Source: Octopus bimaculoides (lineage: Eukaryota). From it: 34,239 nt of DNA. The stretch is taken from the NCBI RefSeq assembly GCF_001194135.2, contig NC_068982.1, positions 131,440,558 to 131,474,796 of the forward strand, read 5' to 3'. Below, piece by piece: positions 1-10,482 of this stretch. Position numbers and translations under genes: made by a program. The notes below the pieces were generated by a model. The model saw only the letters and a program-made list of their open reading frames with translations. It had not been told where the DNA came from and ran no database searches. The stretch's first letter is position 1, and each line of letters opens with the position of its first letter.

Positions 1-42
<42 letters not shown>

Positions 43-193
43 ACACATATATATAAAGCATGATTTATTCGTAATCAGAGGCATTCGTAAACCAAGGTAC
101 TACTGTATTGAAAGAATATGAGAAAGACAGGTGATAAAGCATGATTTATTTGTGATTTGTGATCAGAGTTGTTCGAAAGCCAATGTACTACTG

Positions 194-235
<42 letters not shown>

Positions 236-305
236 NNNNNNNNNNNNNNNNNNNNNNNNNNNNNNNNNNNNNNNNNNNNNNNNNNNNNNNNNNNNNNNNN
301 NNNNN
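236..305. other. Assembly gap (70 N)
   Basis: N run inside (TA)n. Smaller gaps lie at 12310-12319, 16669-16678 and 21183-21218. Confidence 1.
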
Positions 306-2034
306 ATATATATAATATATTTATACAGCTGGATATTAAGATTGTGTGACATTTTTACTTCTTTTCTTGTTCCAAAGGAATTAGCACCATAATGAAGCAA
401 AATAAGTGGAACGAGAAATGAAAACATGTTTGTGGTCTCAACTCAGAAAAATTTCTTTTAATAAGCTATTTATAGTTGCATACTCAAGTAAATTTAACAT
501 TCTATCACTGATTCCCTATCTTTCTAGGGAAAAGAAATTACTTTAAAAATCCAATCTGCATATTCATATATCCATCCAGCTGTTAATCAAAAGTTGTGAA
601 TGGTTGTTTATTAAAACTGATAGTTAAGAGTTTCACATCACTGAATACAGATTCTTTGAATTCTCATAACACTTCTTACACTAATTTATGCTAATTTCCT
701 TTACACTTTCTTATCAGAAAGCAGAATAATTTTTGCAAATGAGCCAATGTCAGCCTTGTCAGACAACCGACAACTTAATCTTGACTTTGGGAGAATGATA
801 TATTTGTAATGATAAATCGGTTTTGTAAGAAACTTTGATTCAACTTTAAATTAAAAAGATGGGACAAGACATTTTGTTGATCTAAGTATTTTTCTTTACA
901 TTTTTTCATCCAGTTTTAAATTTTAAATTGATGGAACTGAGATCCCTTCATAAACCAAAATGAAAGAGGGCTCATAAAACATGGTTTTAGATATTATGTA
1001 ACTGTATAGAATGTGCTTAATTCAAGGAGTTGACCCTTGACATACCATTCAATAAAATGTAAATCATAGTTGAATCTCCATTAAGAAAAGTTAAATTTAA
1101 AATGAAGTCTAATACTGAATGAAAGTAAAGATAAAGAATACCAGAATAAATGTAGTTACCACTTTTGTCCCTTTAGATTGAATACAAATTCTTTAAGGTT
1201 TGACTTTATTTCCATCCCACCAGCATTGATAAATTAAGTACCACTGACTTTATTAAGATCTTGTACCAATGTGAGGAACCAATATTATAATGCTTCACTG
1301 TTAATAATAAACACCAAGACAACATGGCCGATAAACAATTATGTAGCTATGTTGATTATGAATAATCAAATTTTTATCATGTCCAAGAAGTAAGGATACT
1401 TTATGGTGGAGTGTATAAGGGGTAGAAGATCAACCATTGGTCTAGTGCCTGAAGTTTCAAGGAAGGGACCATTGTTATCAATGGGACCCCTCATTAAAAA
1501 CAAACAAAAGAATCCCTTTCATATATTAATTCAATATTGGGAAGATTCTCATCCACTTTCATAAGGCCTGATAGATGTCTTGTTCTGTCTTGCTAAATTC
1601 CTCTTAGAGGTCCAGGTTAAGGGTCCCTTTGAGTGAAAAGAATTAAAATGATGTGGTGATAAAAATATTACCAGTCAGTGATCAGAAGAATGCATGACAG
1701 AGTTAATGTTCCATTGAATAGAAGTTCTTATTCAGAAGGTCTGTATATGATGTTGGGTGTGGGATTCACAAAGTGTAGCAGAGACGAAGATATTAAGAAA
1801 AGAGAGTGGTAATTGAAGCAGATGGATTAAAGTAGAAAGTGCTGACAATTGATAAATTAAGAATAAAGTCAGTTTTATCATTAGTAGAAAAGAAACAAAG
1901 GACATAAACTAGTAATGGGTCATTATTGAAGCTTTTCCATTAAAGAAAGTTTCTTAGTAAGACAGATATTCTAAAATGAGGTAAAAGCAAACTGGAATAC
2001 ACAAATACTAATATTTGCATATGAATTTTTGGAC

Positions 2035-2252
2035 TACTCTCTTTACTCTTTACTCTTTTACTTGTTTCAGTCATTTGACTGCGGCCATGCTGGAGCACCG
2101 CTTTTAGTTGAGCAAATCGACCCCAGAACTTATTCTTTGTAAGCCTAGTACTTATTCTGTCATTGTCTTCTGCCGAACCACTAAGTGATGGGGACATAAA
2201 CACACCAGCATCAGTTGTCAAGCAATGCTAGGGGACAAATACAGACATACAA

Positions 2253-2283
<31 letters not shown>

Positions 2284-2467
2284 TATATATATATACATAT
2301 ATACGACGGGCTTCTTTCAGTTTCCATCTACCAAATCCACTCACAAGGCTTTGGGCGGCCCGAGGCTATTGTAGAAGACACTTGTCCAAGATGCCATGCA
2401 GTAGGACTGAACCCGGAACCATGTGGTTGGTAAGCAAGCTACTTACCACACAACCACTCCTGCACCT
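2035..2467 (-). mobile_element. tRNA-derived SINE, family A (CORE-like segment, internal CA/TA microsatellite, (AAGAGTA)n-like tail)
   Basis: Minus-strand head AGGTGCAGGAGTGGTTGTGTGGTAAG...GGTTCCGGGTTCAGTCC has A/B-box-like motifs. CATCTTGGACAAGTGTCTT resembles the CORE start. Closely matches the copy at 16328-16801. Confidence 0.85.
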
Positions 2468-2695
2468 AGATTGTCATAGTTAAATATCTTTTCTATTCTT
2501 ACCAGTGAAATTTGAAGTAAGAGCTGGTGTTGATGAATTAAAGTAATATTTTTATTTGACAAAACCCACTGATTGTTTGAACCTTGATTTTACTGTAAAT
2601 CCAAAAATTATCTGAAAAACGGGAACTTTCTCTTGCTAAATCAGATGTTATATTCTAATTCTTGTAAAACTAAAAGAACATGCCACAACACTTAC

Positions 2696-3046
2696 CTTGG
2701 TCTTTCTTAGACGAAAGACAACTAGTCCTAAGACAATTGTAATAGTCATGCAAAAACTCTGTATTCCAAGTGGTATGCCTCTTAATAAAATGTTGTATTC
2801 AACAAAGCATGGCTGATCATCAACGCAGTTTGGGCATCCTTTACGACATGGTAGGCATTGGAAAGAGTCCAAGAAATGATTTGAGTGACCAGATCCATTT
2901 CTCAACCGTTCCAGTAGTTGATTTTCAACCAATGTTCCATTAAAATAGCTATGGCTAGCATTGATCATAGGAAAGTAATAGCCTGGCTTGCACTGGCACC
3001 GATAGGAACCACGTTTAAATTTACCAACCACTGGCACAGCAATACA
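2696..3046 (-). CDS. GPR158-like: Internal coding exon of the same GPR158-family receptor (EGF-like module, Cys-rich stalk, TM1)
   Basis: Acceptor tataatttcag|TGT and donor ACC AAG|gtaagt; 351 bp, phase 0 to 0. Protein CIAVPVVGKFKRGSYRCQCKPGYYFP...CLPCRKGCPNCVDDQPCFVEYNILLRGIPLGIQSFCMTITIVLGLVVFRLRKTK matches the GPR158 pattern YECICKAGFYHP...CLPCREGCPFCADDSPCFVQED...RKAK (from memory). Sequons NAS, NGT and NGS are present. Confidence 0.95.
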
Positions 3047-3404
3047 CTGAAATTATAATCAAATGAAGAGTTATTAGAGAATATCAAGTATTCAGTAGAT
3101 TCAGTATATATTCAGTGTACATTCAATAAAATAAAATATGATAAAATATTATATAATAAATATATTATATTATATAAAAAATATAATAATATATAAAAAT
3201 ATGTAATAATGTGGTTAATAGGATAAAATGTAAAAAGGATATCAAGTATTCAGTTAAAATGATGCATAGTTCATACACAGGAAACTATGTTAAGTAATAC
3301 ATTACTGCTGGGTTGGTCTACCTTAAATATATTCATTTATAACATCAGTGTTATCTGAAATTTTTTAATGTTTAGACTGCGAATACACGACTCCACCAAA
3401 TGTC

Positions 3405-3550
3405 ACTGGTATTTATTTTCAGCTGAGTGTACTGGAGCAATATAAAATAAAAGTCTGTTACTGAAAGATAGCATGTCCCACCCAATTCAAGATCTGAACT
3501 TACCACCTAATGGTCATGAGCCCAATACTCTGGTCACTGGACCATGTGCC
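3405..3550 (-). mobile_element. Degenerate SINE, family C
   Basis: ctggtatttattttcagctgagtgtactggagcaa resembles 13005-13040 (ttgccagctgagtgaactggagcaac). Confidence 0.45.
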
Positions 3551-3606
3551 TTCACTAATCCAGTTTCGTCAAATAAAACTATTCCCCTGACTATTAATTT
3601 TTATAT

Positions 3607-4381
3607 TCATCATCATCATCATCATCATCGTTTTACGTCCGATTTCCAGGCTGGCATGGGTTGGACGGTTTGACTGAGGACTGGTGAGCCAGAGGCTACA
3701 CCAGGCTCCAATCTGATCTGGCAAAGTTTCTACAGCTCGATGCCCTTCCTAACGCCAACCACTCCGAGAGTGTAGTGGGTGCTTTTACGTGCCACGTATC
3801 ATCATCATCATCATCATCGGCTACATCGCTGACATCGACCACATTTGGATGGTGCCTTTCATGTGCCACCGGTATAGGGAGCCACTCAGGCAGCACTGGC
3901 AATGACCCACGCATGAATGGTGCTTATTGCATGCCACCAGCACGAGAGCCAGGCAGGCGGCACTAACATCGGCCACAACTACAATTTCCATTTGATTTTT
4001 GATTTGATTTTTGATTTTGATTTTTGGTTTTGATTTTGATTTTGATTTTACTTGACTCAACAAGTCTCCTCAAACACGGCGTGTCACCCTACGATTCAAA
4101 GGTACTTTTTAAATGGGCTGGTTATGCGACACTGGTATAGGATACGGCTGTAATCTCACTTTACTTGCCGGGTCTTCTCAATCACAGCATATCTCCAGAG
4201 GTCTCGGTCTTTTGTCATTGCCTCTGTGAGGGCCAACATTTGAAGGTCATGCTTCACCACCTCATCCCAAGTCTTTCTGGCTCTCCCTCTTCCATGGGTT
4301 CCTTCCACTGTTAGGGAGTGATACTTCTTCACACAGCTCTCCTCATCCATACACAGCACACGACCATACCAGCACAGTCGT
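3607..4381 (-). mobile_element. RTE-clade LINE 3' fragment (ORF2 C-terminus, 3' UTR, (GAT)n tail)
   Basis: Translation RLCWYGRVLCMDEESCVKKYHSLTVEGTHGRGRARKTWDEVVKHDL...EKTRQVK* (stop at 4158-4156) is the typical RTE ORF2 end. (CAT)n on the plus strand at 3607-3629. UTR is homologous to 5900-6095. Confidence 0.9.
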
Positions 4382-4400
4382 ATATATATATATATATATA

Positions 4401-4944
4401 CCTTTCGGGCGTTGGGCCTCACGGAGGCAATGACAAATGACTGAGATCTTTGGCAATATGCCGTGCTTGAAAGGTGGCGTGCTAGCAGAAATGTTAGCAT
4501 GCCGGGTGAAATGCTTGGCAGTATTCCATCTGTCCGAGTGCAAATTCTGCCGGGGTCAACTTTGCCTTTCATCCTTTCAGGGTTGATAAATTAAGTACCA
4601 GTTGTGTACAGGAGTCGATCAAATCGACTAGATCTCTCCTCCCACCAAATTTCAGGCCATTTATCAAGAGTAGAAAAGAATATGCCGTACTTGAGTAGAA
4701 GACCCATCAAGCCAAGTGAAATCATAGTTGTGGCAGACACTGGTGTCATGCAACTGGCACCCGTGCTGGTGGAACGTAAAAGCACCCAATACACTCTTGG
4801 AGTGGTTGGCATTAGGAAGGGAAGCCAGCCGTAGAAACCATGTCAAATCAGACCGGAGTCTGGTGCAGCCCCTCAGCTGACCAGCTCTAGGCAAACCATC
4901 CAACCCATGCCAGCATGGACAATGGACATTAAATGATGATGATG
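4401..4944 (+). mobile_element. Second RTE 3' fragment in opposite orientation, interrupted by a SINE
   Basis: Encodes RALGLTEAMTND.DLWQYAVL, followed by the same UTR (GGAGTGGTTGGCATTAGGAAGGG...CAACCCATGCCAGCATGG) and a (GAT)n tail. Confidence 0.85.
4471..4678 (+). mobile_element. tRNA-derived SINE, family B (tail type 1), with 16-bp target-site duplication
   Basis: Core GTCAACTTTGCCTTTCATCCTTTCAGGGTTGATAAATTAAGTACCAG is shared with the 15045, 19144 and 32162 copies. Flanked by aatatgccgtgcttga (4455-4470) and aatatgccgtacttga (4679-4694). Confidence 0.88.
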
Positions 4945-4990
4945 CTATATATATATATATATAGCATCATCATCTTTTAATGTCCATTGT

Positions 4991-6091
4991 CCATAGTTGC
5001 TAGAATAAGAATAGCCTGGGCAAAGTTCAGAGAGCTCTTACCTCTGCTGGTGACAAAGGGCTTCTCGCTCAGAGTAAAAGGTAGACTGTATGACGCATGT
5101 GTACGAACAGCCATGCTACATGGCAATGAAACATGGGCCGTGACTGCTGAAGACATGCGTAAGCTTGCAAGGAATGAAGCCAATGTGCTCCGATGGATGT
5201 GTAATGTCAGTGTGCACACTCGACAGAGTGTAAGTACCTTGAGAGAAAAGTTGGACCTAAGAAGCATCAGATGTGGTGTGCAAGAGAGACGATTGCGCTG
5301 ATATGGTCACTTGGCGAGAATGGATGAGGATAGCTGTGTGAAAAAGTGCCACACCCTAGAGGTTGAGGGAACCTGTGGAAGAGGTAGATCCAGGAAGACC
5401 TGGGATGAGGTGGTGAAGCACGACCTTCGAACATTAGGCCTCACCGAGGCGATGACTTCTGACCGAAACCTTTAGAAATATGCTGTGCTTGAGAAGACCC
5501 GGAAAGGCTAGTGAGATCATAATCCGTGGCCTATGCCAGGGTTGTAACCATCCCACTTATGCGTACCTTTCCTTCAATGGACACTAAACTCTGCTTGCGA
5601 AGACCTGTTGAGGCAAGTGAAATCGAAATCGGAATCAAATTCGATGACTGGTATCTGTGCTAGTGGAGCGCTAAGAGCGTGATCGTTGCCAAAGTAGCTG
5701 ACTGGCTTTCGTACCAGTGGCACGTAAAAAGCACCATTCGAGCGTGATCGTTACCTTACTGGCACTTGTGCCGGTGGCACGTGATAAATATTCGAGCGAG
5801 GTCATTGCCAGTGTCGCTGGACTGGCTCTTGTGCAGGTAGCACGTAAAAAAAAAACATTTGGGCGTGGTCGTTGCCAGTACCACCTGACTGGCCCTCGTG
5901 CCGGTGGCACGTAAAAGCACCCACTACATTCTCGGAGTGGTTGGCGTTGGGAAGGGCATCCAGTTGTAGAAACTGCCAGATCAGATTGGAGCCTGGTGCA
6001 GCCATCTGGTTCGCCAGTCCTCAGTCAAACCGTCCAACCCATGCCATCATGGAAAGCAGACGTTAAACGACGATGACGATGATGATGATGA

Positions 6092-6095
<4 letters not shown>
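4991..6095 (+). mobile_element. 5'-truncated RTE LINE (post-RT ORF2 with in-frame stops, 3' UTR with four ~60-bp subrepeats, (GAT)n tail)
   Basis: SIVARIRIAWAKFRELLPLL...LHGNETWAV...LRWMC...QERRLR*YGHLARM...RGRSRKTWDEVVKHDL. GTGGCACGTAAAAGCACC-like units start near 5717, 5774, 5837 and 5904. The tail runs into (TA)n at about 6095-6161. Confidence 0.92.
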
Positions 6096-6163
<68 letters not shown>

Positions 6164-6772
6164 AAAGATAAATCAATAGATAGCTTGATTGATAGATATA
6201 CAGACAACTATCTTCTACACACCAACGTAGTTATCTCCCTTGTATTTCTATTCAGCCGGATGCTGTCAGAAACGTACTGTTCAACATGATGGAAATAACA
6301 CACATTTATGTAAAGCGGCATTTTGGTATCTAATGCAGAGCAGCAAGCTACTACATTCAACTTTCTCTTTTATCAATATGTTCTTTTCATTTATTCCTAT
6401 TTATTCTTGCAGATCTCCATTGTCCACACAGCTAGAGTTCATTTCAGTTTTGATAGAATTAAATAAATGCATTTTTCAGTTCATTATAGGTCATCTTTTT
6501 TTCAGAGATAGAATTGTAATTAACACTAATTAACACTGCCAACCAACAAAAAAATACTCATCAATTTTATGAACAGAATCAAATTATATAACTTATTGCT
6601 ACACGCTACAAAACTGCAAAGTGAATTTGCTTCTTTGAGAGACGGTTAAGTATGTTGGTTACGGACAGACACAACACACAGACAGGGGAGACCAGATACC
6701 AAACATTACTGGTTGTCTGGGTCTTTATTGATTCAGCCATCCATACTCCTATTGAATTGTAACACATATAAC

Positions 6773-6801
6773 CACCACCACCACCACCACCACCACCACC
6801 A

Positions 6802-6854
<53 letters not shown>

Positions 6855-7125
6855 CCATCATCATCATCATAGCCATCACTAATGTTTTCTTCACATTTAT
6901 TGCAGTCATCATTTTAACGGACCCCGTGGCCACTTATAATTACCACCACCACCACTATCATACTTTCATATACCACTACCATTCCCACTGTTGCCACCAC
7001 TGCCACCAACACTGCTGCTGTTACTGTCACCACCACCATCACTACAACCAGCATCACCACCACCCTCCTCCTCCTCCTCCTCTTCCGCCTCCTCCTCCTC
7101 TTCCTCCTCCTCCTCCTCATCATCA
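6773..7125. repeat. Compound triplet microsatellite (CAC)n/(CAT)n/(CCT)n
   Basis: Directly visible. Explains the poly-H/I/P and poly-M/W/R ORFs. Confidence 0.95.
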
Positions 7126-7415
7126 TTTTAATAAAAAACTGTTACAACCACTATCAATTTAATGGCTGTTTATTTATTTATTTATATTTTTCCAAGCAGA
7201 CGTGATGGCTATGTCCACTCTGCTCTATACTGACATTCACTATAATCCTTAATCCTTAGCATTCTAAGGTCTGACTTCTCTACTCCAGCCTTGAATTTTA
7301 CTCACTGCACCCCTGCTGTGAATAAATATATTCTATAAATTCTACAATCATTATAGAGCACATGCATGCACATCCATGTTCACACACACACAATCATATA
7401 TACATACATACATAC

Positions 7416-7486
<71 letters not shown>

Positions 7487-7489
<3 letters not shown>

Positions 7490-7923
7490 GTTGCCGTCGA
7501 CTTACGATCACAATTGGTTCTGACTGACTGGTCGTAAGTCGGCCTATAGGCGGCCTACGTAGCTTTGTTTTATAGTTTTACATTCTTAATGCACATTCTC
7601 AGGTAAAAGTCACACACACCATTCTGTATTATACTATTATACTGGCATTAGTCAGAAATTTTGGAGTTTCAGGCAGTCGTCTTATAAGCAAATACGAGGT
7701 TGCCTCAATGTCTCCACGACAGGATAGTCATCCAACACAGTGGCGATCGATAACTAAACCTAGGGGAAGCCTTTGTTAGCTGGCATCATCCGTAGACGGA
7801 TTAGAAATTAAACCCATTAGATTTCAGCTGGACTGTTTATTATTGCTGCCGAGAGCTGATGCGCCAATCGTCGTAAAGTCAATCGGTTGTAAGTCGAATT
7901 GGTCGTAAGTCGGCGACGACCTG
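7487..7923. mobile_element. Tc1/mariner-superfamily (Tigger/pogo-like) MITE, 437 bp
   Basis: TA|CAGGTTGCCGTCGACTTACGATC at the left and GGTCGTAAGTCGGCGACGACCTG|TA at the right form imperfect TIRs. TA duplication and subterminal GACTTACGA repeats are present; no transposase. Confidence 0.85.
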
Positions 7924-8077
7924 TATATATGTGTATCTGTAATTTTTTGGTCTAATATATATATGTCAGTTAGATTGTTGAGTAAAGCGCATTCGCAGTG
8001 TGGGCTACCTGGTATCATCCATTGTTGGGGTATGTTTTCTCTGCATCCACGATAGGAATTCCGCAGTGTTAGTTGAA

Positions 8078-8378
8078 ATAATAACTGATGAAAGAAAATG
8101 AAAGTAGATTTAGCACAAGTCTTTATTCAGTATGATGATCGTATTGACCCATCCTGCAACTGTCCATTGCGGGTAGGATATTGTGCATCTAATTGTGTTG
8201 CATCAATCTGTGCAGTTTGTGTCACAGGAAGTACATGCATGGGACATCACCTTCTTTTATGCAATTAGATGCATAATATCCTACCCATAACAGACAGCTG
8301 CAGGATTGGTCAAAACGAATGTTGTACTGAATAAAGACCCGTGCTAAATCTATCTTCCGTTTCCTTCATCGATTATTA
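8078..8378. mobile_element. Foldback/MITE-like element with ~118-bp imperfect inverted arms
   Basis: 8078-8195 aligns to the reverse complement of 8262-8378 (e.g. TAGATTTAGCAC..GTCTTTATTCAGTA and GGGTAGGATATT.TGCATCTAATTG), with a 66-bp spacer. Confidence 0.8.
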
Positions 8379-8396
8379 TATATATATATACATATA

Positions 8397-8944
8397 CTAG
8401 ACCACCGGTGACCCGTTGGATCACCGGAAAACTCTGAGTTACTCAGCAACGAAGTTTTGTTTCGTGGGTTTTTTTTTCTTCTCCAGGTTATTTCGCATGC
8501 TTTTAATGAATGTGACATCGAAATCACGTGTAAACAGCTACTTTCCCACAGAAAACGAAAGATTTGGCTGCTATTTCTTGCACGCCATGCTACCACGTAA
8601 CAGGTATTTCGGATCCTTTATCGCTGTTACGTGGTAGCAGGGCGTTCTAAAAATGCACTCGAAAAAAACAAAACAAAAAAACTCAGTCTAATAGAAAGAT
8701 AAGTTTCTTCCCTTTCAGGAGGAAGATTATTTTCGGAACGTTTTCCTATTATGCACTGTTTTGGATATTTATACCCTGAAAATCTCTAATATCTTGAAAA
8801 CTATTTCACCTATTTACGCGAAACTTGTTTCATTCGATTCGTATTAAAATTTCAGGGTAAACTTAATCCATGGTATTTTCCCATTATGCACCAGTTTCAC
8901 TGACATTGCAAGCAAATAAGCAGGATTGAAACTGACTTTTATTG

Positions 8945-8950
<6 letters not shown>
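8397..8950 (-). mobile_element. Possible non-autonomous Helitron-like element
   Basis: On the minus strand a GC-rich hairpin (CCGGTGA 8405-8411 / TCACCGG 8421-8427) lies 4 nt before a terminal CTAG followed by T. Both ends sit in (TA)n. The 5' TC end is not resolved. Confidence 0.45.
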
Positions 8951-8986
<36 letters not shown>

Positions 8987-8988
<2 letters not shown>

Positions 8989-9201
8989 GAGGGAGCTAAA
9001 AGCTCCTGGCTTTGGGTAAAAGAAAATAATGCAGAAGCACCAGTTAATTATAATTTTATTCAACATATTTCCCTTTTAGATTCACATACTTATTGCTGCA
9101 CTCCTCCAGTTTTTCTAAGCCCTGTAAAAGAACTTGGAAGGTTGGGTCTCCAACCAGGCCATTCACAATACCTTTAAAGCCAGGAAGTTTTCAGCACCAC
9201 G
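8987..9201 (-). mobile_element. Internally deleted mariner element
   Basis: Imperfect TIRs CGAGGGAGCTAAAAGCTCCTGGCTTT and AAAGCCAGGAAGTTTTCAGCACC. The interior encodes LQGLEKLEECSNKYVNLKGKYVE* on the minus strand, resembling the mariner transposase C-terminus (GI..L..RW.KC....G.YVE). Confidence 0.8.
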
Positions 9202-9265
9202 CACACACGCACACACGTATATATATCAACACTTATATATTTACACACACGCACATATGTATATA

Positions 9266-9437
9266 CATCATCATCATCATCATTTAACGTCCATTTTTCA
9301 TGCTGGCATGGGTTGGACGGTTTGAAAGGAGCTGACCAGCTGACGGGTTATTCAGGCTCCATTGTCAGTTTTGGACTGATATCTATAGCTGGATGTCCTT
9401 CCTAACGCCAACCACTTTACATGGTGTACTGGGTGCT
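9266..9437 (-). mobile_element. RTE-type 3' tail fragment
   Basis: (CAT)n-TTAACGTCC...GCATGGGTTGGACGG...CTTCCTAACGCCAACCAC, homologous to 3607-3790. Confidence 0.85.
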
Positions 9438-9652
9438 GTAAAGTGGCTGAAGTTAGGTTGAAGTTTATATGTTCATATTTATGTACATAATTGTATGTGT
9501 GTGTTTGTGTGTGTAATGTGTGAAGTACAAAAACAGGAGAAATAATTCTCAGTATATGCAGTAGCGGTTGTTTTATTCATATGGTATTGATGGTGAAAGT
9601 TTGAAAATAGTCAGAAACTCTCAGAAGCCTGGGTAAAAATCTTGCTTCAAAT

Positions 9653-9722
<70 letters not shown>

Positions 9723-9980
9723 TCACGCACACATACACACGCACACGTGCACACACATACACACGCACACGTGCACACACATGCACACGTGCATACACAG
9801 CTTGGAGTTGTTTAGCTTATGACTTCATCTGCTATTTTGAGTTGAAGCTAAAACAATTGTCATAATACATGATCTTTAAACACACACGCACACACACACG
9901 CACACACACACACACGCACACACACACACATACATACACACTCACACATACACACACACACACACACATTCACACACACA
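9653..9980. repeat. (CA)n and degenerate CA microsatellites
   Basis: Directly visible, in two blocks (about 9653-9797 and 9880-9980). Confidence 0.9.
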
Positions 9981-10367
9981 GATATATTCACTTTCACTCA
10001 TTGTGTGATAATATTTTTATAATGCTAAAACTGAGAGTCCATTTGTCTGCATGTTGCACGATTTCATAAATAGTAAAATGAATACAATTATTTATATGAA
10101 AGTTTTTGGAAGAGAAGAAAAGAAACTAAGACATATATTATTTATCAATCGATTAGATAAAGATTAGTCATAAGATTGTTTAAACAATTACTTATCAGAA
10201 ATTTCAGACTATTTTCAATTATACATTATTAGCAACATATGAACAGCTGAGACTACGCTTCAGCTATAAATTATTTTGACTAATGTACCTTTTAATACAA
10301 TCCTGTTTGTTGAAAACTTCAACTTCATTTTTGAGGCCTGTAACCCTGGAAACAGAAACAATGTTGA

Positions 10368-10375
10368 CTACTACA

Positions 10376-10407
<32 letters not shown>

Positions 10408-10482
10408 CACTATCATCATTGCCACCCCAGCTATCACCACTGCCACTGCCACTGCCACTGCCACTGCCACTGACACTACTAC
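10368..10482. repeat. (CTA)n plus (CACTGC)n compound microsatellite
   Basis: Directly visible. Confidence 0.9.

Noticed and set aside
188-427. Minus-strand ORF with hydrophobic FLVPLILLHYG as the next (TM2) exon
   Set aside because: Lacks the expected post-TM1 pattern (I.AS...LLE.IL.G..LLY) and runs into (TA)n and an N gap. The next exon is probably outside the window.
1200-1860. Short SINE-core-like piece near 1200-1245 and a possible old LINE relic at 1380-1860
   Set aside because: Too degenerate; no convincing motif could be read.
5700-5925. Regularly spaced repeats resembling a CRISPR array
   Set aside because: Eukaryotic RTE 3' UTR subrepeats; the spacers are homologous to each other and there are no cas genes.
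6713-7162. Long homopolymer-rich ORFs here and at 10264-10543, 17326-17631, 24378-24623, 30199-30453 and 33055-33410
   Set aside because: Translations of microsatellites.
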